64,000 nucleotides of DNA from Candidatus Muiribacterium halophilum (GTDB taxonomy: Bacteria > Muiribacteriota > Muiribacteriia > Muiribacteriales > Muiribacteriaceae), in contig JALOAD010000010.1 of assembly GCA_023228995.1 (NCBI GenBank), forward strand, positions 11,688-75,687, read 5' to 3'. Below the pieces are notes generated by a model that was not told where the DNA came from, did no database searches, and saw only the letters and a list, made by a program, of their open reading frames with translations. This document shows, in pieces, positions 59,408 through 64,000 of this stretch. Positions within the stretch are counted from its first letter, which is position 1. Each line of letters begins with the position of its first letter. The position numbers were made by a program, and so were the translations under genes.

Positions 59408-60142
59408 ATGGCAATTGTATCAATGAAACATTTACTAGAAGCAGGTGTTCATTTTGGACATCAAACAAAAAGATGGAATCCTAAAATGAAGGATTATATC
59501 TTCACTGAAAGAAACGGTATTCATATCATCGATCTTCAGAAAACTTTAAAACTAACAAAAAATGCTTATAATTTTGTTAGAAATCTAGCAGCTAATGGTG
59601 GAACAGTTCTTTTTGTTGGAACTAAAAAACAGGCTCAAGAAGCTGTTAAATTTGAAGCAGAAAGATGTGGAATGTTTTATATCAATCACAGATGGCTTGG
59701 TGGAACTTTAACTAATTTTGGAGTAATACAGACTAGAATTGCTAGACTTAAAGATATATACAGAATGATGGAAGATGGAACAATTGAAAAATATACTAAA
59801 AAAGAAAGAGTTAAAATTGGAAAAGAAAAAGAAAGACTTGAAAAATTTCTTGGTGGGATTAAAGATATGGACAGATTACCAGATTGTATGTTCATAGTTG
59901 ATATAAAAAGAGAAGAAATTGCTTTTCTTGAAGCTAGAAAACTTGGAATACCTGTTGTTGCAATCGTTGACACAAATGTTGATCCTGAGCATGTTGATGT
60001 GCCAATTCCTGGAAACGATGATGCAATAAGAGCTATTAAATTGTTCTCTTCAATAGCTGCAAATGCTGTTTTGGAAGCAAATCAGAGTGTTGATTCAGAT
60101 GATAATGACGAAAATGAAGATTCTAAATCAGAAGAAAATTAA
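59408..60142 (+). CDS. rpsB: 30S ribosomal protein S2
   Basis: [27 protein letters not shown]; the ORF-track TTG at 59345 is rejected because it lies in the leader. Confidence 0.95.
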   Translation: MAIVSMKHLLEAGVHFGHQTKRWNPKMKDYIFTERNGIHIIDLQKTLKLTKNAYNFVRNLAANGGTVLFVGTKKQAQEAVKFEAERCGMFYINHRWLGGTLTNFGVIQTRIARLKDIYRMMEDGTIEKYTKKERVKIGKEKERLEKFLGGIKDMDRLPDCMFIVDIKREEIAFLEARKLGIPVVAIVDTNVDPEHVDVPIPGNDDAIRAIKLFSSIAANAVLEANQSVDSDDNDENEDSKSEEN

Positions 60143-60157
60143 TTGGAGGCAAATTAT

Positions 60158-60757
60158 ATGGCTATATCCGCAAGTATGGTAAAAGATTTAAGAGAATCAA
60201 CTGGTGTTGGAATGATGGATTGTAAAAATGCTTTGAAAGAAACTAATGGTGATTTTGAAAAAGCTGTTGAATATCTTAGAAAAAAAGGTCTTTCAAAAGC
60301 TGCTAAAAAAGCTGATAGAGATGCTTCGGAAGGATTTATCGGTTCTTATGTTCATCATAATGGCAAACTTGCTGTTCTTGTTGAAGTAAATTGTGAAACT
60401 GACTTTGTTGCAAAAACTGATGATTTTCAGGATCTTGTTAAAAATCTTTCAATGCATATTGCTGCTTCAAATCCTTTATATGTTAAATCTGAGGAAGTTC
60501 CAGCTGAAGTTATAGAAAAAGAAAAAGAAATAATTAAAGCACAGCTTGCTAAAGAAAATAAACCTGAAAATATAATTGAAAAAATAGTAGAAGGAAGAGT
60601 TAATAAGTATTTTTCTGAAAACTGTCTTTTACATCAAGTTTATGTTAAGGATGATAAAAAATCTATTCAGGATATTGTTAATGAAAATATTAGTAAACTT
60701 GGAGAAAATATAGTTGTAAGAAGATTTGTAAGATTTGTGATTGGTGAAAACAAATAA
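60158..60757 (+). CDS. tsf: Elongation factor Ts
   Basis: MAISASMVKDLRESTGVGMMDCKNALKETNGDFEKAVEYLRKKG (UBA-like N-terminus); GGAGG RBS. Confidence 0.93.
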   Translation: MAISASMVKDLRESTGVGMMDCKNALKETNGDFEKAVEYLRKKGLSKAAKKADRDASEGFIGSYVHHNGKLAVLVEVNCETDFVAKTDDFQDLVKNLSMHIAASNPLYVKSEEVPAEVIEKEKEIIKAQLAKENKPENIIEKIVEGRVNKYFSENCLLHQVYVKDDKKSIQDIVNENISKLGENIVVRRFVRFVIGENK

Positions 60758-61474
60758 ATGTTTAAAAGAATACTGCTTAAGTTAAGTGGTGAAGTTCTTG
60801 CGGGTTCTTCAAAACAAGGTATTGAAGAACCTGCTGTTATATTTGTAGCAAATCAGATTAAAAGTTTAAAAGATAAATTTCCTGAATTAGAGTTGGCAAT
60901 TGTTATCGGTGGTGGTAATATTTTTAGAGGAAAGCAAAATCCTTATATTGAAAGGGTAAAAGCTGATTATATAGGTTCTATGGGTACTGTTATAAATTCT
61001 ATGGCTTTATCTTCTGCTCTTGAAAAAATTGAAATTGTAAATACAGTTATGACTCCTTTTAATCTTGATGTTTTTTCTTCAAAATATAATGCTTTTGAAG
61101 GTAGGAGAATTTTAGAAAGAGGAGAAATTGTAATTTTAGGAGGCGGAACAGGTCATCCTTTTTTTACAACAGATACTAATGCTGCACTAAGAGCAAGTGA
61201 ACTTCAATGTGATCTTATTATAAAAGCTACAAAAGTTGATGGCTTATATGATAAAGATCCAAATAAATACAGTGATGCAGTTTTTATTGAAGAAATAACT
61301 TTTGATGAAGTAATTAAAAAAGATCTTCAAGTAATGGATATAACAGCATTTACTCTTTGTCGTGAGAATAATATACCTATTTTTATATGTAATTTAACTA
61401 GAGAAGGACAAATGCTTGAATTTCTTGAAGGAAAAAAAACAGGAAGTATTGTAATTGGAGGAAAAAATGATTAA
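60758..61474 (+). CDS. pyrH: UMP kinase
   Basis: RILLKLSGEVLAG ... IVIGGGNIFRG ... DGLYDKDP. Confidence 0.93.
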   Translation: MFKRILLKLSGEVLAGSSKQGIEEPAVIFVANQIKSLKDKFPELELAIVIGGGNIFRGKQNPYIERVKADYIGSMGTVINSMALSSALEKIEIVNTVMTPFNLDVFSSKYNAFEGRRILERGEIVILGGGTGHPFFTTDTNAALRASELQCDLIIKATKVDGLYDKDPNKYSDAVFIEEITFDEVIKKDLQVMDITAFTLCRENNIPIFICNLTREGQMLEFLEGKKTGSIVIGGKND

Positions 61475-62024
61475 TGCTATATATAAAGATACAAAAGATA
61501 ATATGCAAAAATCGATTGAAAATGTTCAAAAAGAATATTCTTTATTAAGGACAGGAAGAGCGAATCCTCAACTTTTAGATAGAATAAGAGTTGATTATTA
61601 TGGTGCGCCTACTCCTTTGAATCAGCTTGCAAGTATTGGTTCTCCTGAACCAAGAATGCTTATGATAACTCCTTATGACAAGTCTGTTATTGCTGCTGTA
61701 GAAAAAGCAATTCTTGCATCAGAACTTGGAATTACTCCAAATAATGATGGTAATGTTATAAGACTTAGTTTTCCACAACTTACTGAAGAAAGAAGAAAAG
61801 ATCTTGTTAAAATTGTAAAAAAGAGAGAAGAAGAAACTAAAGTTGCAATTAGAAATATTAGAAGAGATAAAATGGATGAGCTTAAAGAAATTCAAAAATC
61901 AGGAGATATTACTGAAGATGAATTAAAAAAAGCTCAAGTTGAAATTCAGAAAATTACTGATGAATATGTAGAAAAAGCTTCTAAAGCTGCAAAAGCTAAA
62001 GAAGAAGATATTATGAAAGTTTAA
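61467..62024 (+). CDS. frr: Ribosome recycling factor
   Basis: MINAIYKDTKDNMQKSIENVQKEYSLLRTGRANPQLLD; GGAGG RBS; 8-nt overlap with pyrH. Confidence 0.93.
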   Translation: MINAIYKDTKDNMQKSIENVQKEYSLLRTGRANPQLLDRIRVDYYGAPTPLNQLASIGSPEPRMLMITPYDKSVIAAVEKAILASELGITPNNDGNVIRLSFPQLTEERRKDLVKIVKKREEETKVAIRNIRRDKMDELKEIQKSGDITEDELKKAQVEIQKITDEYVEKASKAAKAKEEDIMKV

Positions 62025-62036
62025 GTAAATAAAAAA

Positions 62037-62735
62037 ATGACTGAAATTAAAATACCAACCCATATAGCCGTTATCATGGATGGTAACGGCAGATGGGCTA
62101 AATCTCGAAAACTTCCAAGAATATTCGGACACAGACAAGGTGTAAAAAAAGTCAGGCAAGTTTGTGAATTTTGTTTAAAATATAATGTAAAGTATATTAC
62201 ACTTTATGCTTTTTCCACCGAAAATTGGAAAAGACCTTTAACCGAGATAAATGGCCTTATGAAAATATTTAGAGAATTTCTTGGAAGAGAAGCAAGAAAT
62301 CTTATTGAAAAAGGAATTAGACTTGTTGTTTCTGGTAGATATGAGAAATTTCCTGAAGATATTGTAAGTCAAATTGATGAATTGATGATTATGTCGTCTA
62401 AAAACACAGAATTAATACTTAATGTTGCTTTAAATTATGGTGGTAGAACTGAAATTCTTGATTCTATAAATAAAATTCTTTTAGAATATTCTGATAAAGT
62501 TGAAATAACAGAAGAACTTATTTCAAAAAATTTATATAATTCTTTTATACCTGAGCCTGATCTTATAATTCGTACGAGTGGAGAAAAAAGAATAAGTAAT
62601 TTTTTAATATGGCAAGCAGCTTATTCTGAGTTTTATTTTACCGATGTATTATGGCCTGATTTTTCAGAAGAAGAATTCTTATATGCAATTAAAGAATTTA
62701 ACAATCGAGATAGACGATATGGTGGTGTAAAGTGA
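62037..62735 (+). CDS. uppS: Undecaprenyl-diphosphate synthase (cis-prenyltransferase)
   Basis: HIAVIMDGNGRWAK ... YAFSTENWKRP ... RISNFLIWQAAYSE. Confidence 0.93.
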   Translation: MTEIKIPTHIAVIMDGNGRWAKSRKLPRIFGHRQGVKKVRQVCEFCLKYNVKYITLYAFSTENWKRPLTEINGLMKIFREFLGREARNLIEKGIRLVVSGRYEKFPEDIVSQIDELMIMSSKNTELILNVALNYGGRTEILDSINKILLEYSDKVEITEELISKNLYNSFIPEPDLIIRTSGEKRISNFLIWQAAYSEFYFTDVLWPDFSEEEFLYAIKEFNNRDRRYGGVK

Positions 62736-63493
62736 TTAAAAGGATTTTAAGTGGATTAGTTATGATATGTTTGGCTATTTTGTTTTTTAATTATGCTGAT
62801 AAAAATATTTCAAAAATTATATTTTTAATACTTTCAATTTTAAGTGTTATTGAATTTGGAAGAATTCTAAAAATAGGTAAAGCTGAAAATATTGTTATGA
62901 TTTTTTCAGCTTTATTTGTTTTTCTTTATGAAGATTTTTCTTTAGAAAAAAAAGTTCTTATTGTTATATTGTTTGATCTAATTTTGTTTTTTTCGTGGAG
63001 AATATTTAAAGACAAAATAGATAGTAAATTCATTGAATATACTGCGATAACAATGTTTTTTGGAATAATACCCTTTTATATAATGTATATTATATTTAAT
63101 ACTAATAAACTTAGTCTTTTATATGTTATGTTGCTTGTATGGATATATGATATGGCTGCATATTTTACAGGAATTACATTAGGCAAAAATAAACTTGTTC
63201 CTAATATAAGTCCTAAGAAAAGTTGGGAAGGACTTATTGGTGCTACAATCGCTGTATTTGCTTTTTCATTTATATATTACTATAATGATTTATTTATAGC
63301 GAGAGATATAATATTGCTGGCTTTTTTAGTGGTATTTCTTGCTCCAATAGGAGATTTAACTGTTTCGCTATTAAAAAGAAATAATTTAATTAAAGATAGT
63401 GGAAATATTATACCTGGTCATGGTGGTGTTTTAGATAGAATGGATAGTTTTATATTTCTTGTTCCAATAATATTTTATATAGGAGTTTTATAA
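62732..63493 (+). CDS. cdsA: Phosphatidate cytidylyltransferase
   Basis: Polytopic membrane protein; C-terminal PGHGGVLDRMDS signature. Confidence 0.88.
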   Translation: MIKRILSGLVMICLAILFFNYADKNISKIIFLILSILSVIEFGRILKIGKAENIVMIFSALFVFLYEDFSLEKKVLIVILFDLILFFSWRIFKDKIDSKFIEYTAITMFFGIIPFYIMYIIFNTNKLSLLYVMLLVWIYDMAAYFTGITLGKNKLVPNISPKKSWEGLIGATIAVFAFSFIYYYNDLFIARDIILLAFLVVFLAPIGDLTVSLLKRNNLIKDSGNIIPGHGGVLDRMDSFIFLVPIIFYIGVL

Positions 63494-64000
63494 TGTTAAT
63501 GACTTTAGTTTCTTTTTTATTTGTAATATTTGTCATTGTGCTTGTTCATGAGTTTGGTCACTTTACTGTGGCTAAATTATCAGGAATTAAAGTTAATGAA
63601 TTTTCAGTTGGATTTGGTCCAAAATTATTTTCCAAAAAAAAAGGTGAAACTCTTTATGTAATAAGAGGAATTCCACTTGGCGGATTTGTAGATCTTTATG
63701 GTATGGAAGAAGATAGTGTATCACTTGATTCTAAAGATTGGGATAAAAGTTTTGTATCTAAAAAACCCTTACCTAGATTTTTAACTTTAATTGCTGGTTC
63801 ATTTATGAATTTTGTACTTGCATTTTTTATTTTTTTTATAGTAGGAATGACAGCTGGTACAGTTGAACCTTTGTATATTGAAAAACCAGTAATATTTGTT
63901 GCAGAGCTGAATACTGATGTGCCAACAGCTTATTCAATTGGATTTAGAACTGGTGATATAATTAGTTTTGTTAATGGCGAGAAAATAGAAAAATTTAAAC
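63493..64000 (+). CDS. rseP: RIP zinc metalloprotease RseP/site-2 protease, 3'-truncated at window edge
   Basis: HEFGHF zinc-binding motif in the first TM helix; GIPLGGFV. Confidence 0.85.
   Translation, partial: MLMTLVSFLFVIFVIVLVHEFGHFTVAKLSGIKVNEFSVGFGPKLFSKKKGETLYVIRGIPLGGFVDLYGMEEDSVSLDSKDWDKSFVSKKPLPRFLTLIAGSFMNFVLAFFIFFIVGMTAGTVEPLYIEKPVIFVAELNTDVPTAYSIGFRTGDIISFVNGEKIEKFK

Noticed and set aside
1-64000. CRISPR arrays, transposases/integrases, prophage or restriction-modification modules
   Set aside because: No regularly spaced direct repeats, no DDE/tyrosine-recombinase-like ORFs and no methyltransferase/endonuclease pairs were seen. The only repetitive DNA is the small hairpin clusters noted above.

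Overview
This window is AT-rich (roughly 27-30% GC by eye), densely coded, and read with the standard genetic code; TGA is used as a stop. The family calls below are from the translated ORFs only, with no database search. TTG start codons are frequent.

The window breaks into five parts:

- **1-14.4 kb, housekeeping.** The ffh-rpsP-KH-ylqD-rimM-trmD-SPOUT block, a two-subunit NfnAB/SudAB-like oxidoreductase, glyA, a lipoate-ligase-like gene and aspS.
- **14.4-26 kb, bacterial microcompartment (BMC) locus.** It runs on from aspS with no gap. It encodes PduL, an acylating aldehyde dehydrogenase, a PduS/RnfC-like Fe-S flavoprotein, two BMC-H, three BMC-P and one PduT-like BMC-T shell protein. The cargo side is RpiB, deoxyribose-phosphate aldolase (DeoC), phosphopentomutase (DeoB) and an unusual 719-aa fusion protein. 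This is a sugar-phosphate-utilising (SPU-like) deoxyribose/acetaldehyde microcompartment. A 705-aa HEAT-repeat protein and a LysM/M23 protein are translationally coupled downstream of deoB; a winged-helix protein and surE follow in the same orientation.
- **29.9-31 kb and 49.2-56.3 kb, prepilin clusters.** Three prepilin genes in the first cluster and four in the second, interleaved with TPR proteins, a secreted vWA protein and two giant repeat proteins of 1335 and 911 aa.
- **37.5 kb.** A fliA-like sigma-28 gene, coupled to a 620-aa helical-repeat protein and preceded by a 1619-aa Lys/Asn-rich giant.
- **56.3-64 kb, housekeeping.** lon, engB, rpsB-tsf-pyrH-frr-uppS-cdsA-rseP.

Five things stand out:

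- Amphipathic encapsulation-peptide-like helices on PduL, the aldehyde dehydrogenase and DeoC (N-terminal) and on RpiB (C-terminal extension).
- A degenerate DeoC-like domain fused to an aldehyde:ferredoxin-oxidoreductase-like domain that lacks the Fe-S cysteine ligands.
- A pore cysteine in the BMC-T.
- A two-member family of small proteins sharing an LYGTD motif; one copy carries a duplicated CCxxCxNFxxC block.
- Two hairpin-dense intergenic islands with raised GC between convergent genes (31.03-31.44 kb and 40.13-40.38 kb).

I found no CRISPR array, transposase, integrase, rRNA or tRNA.
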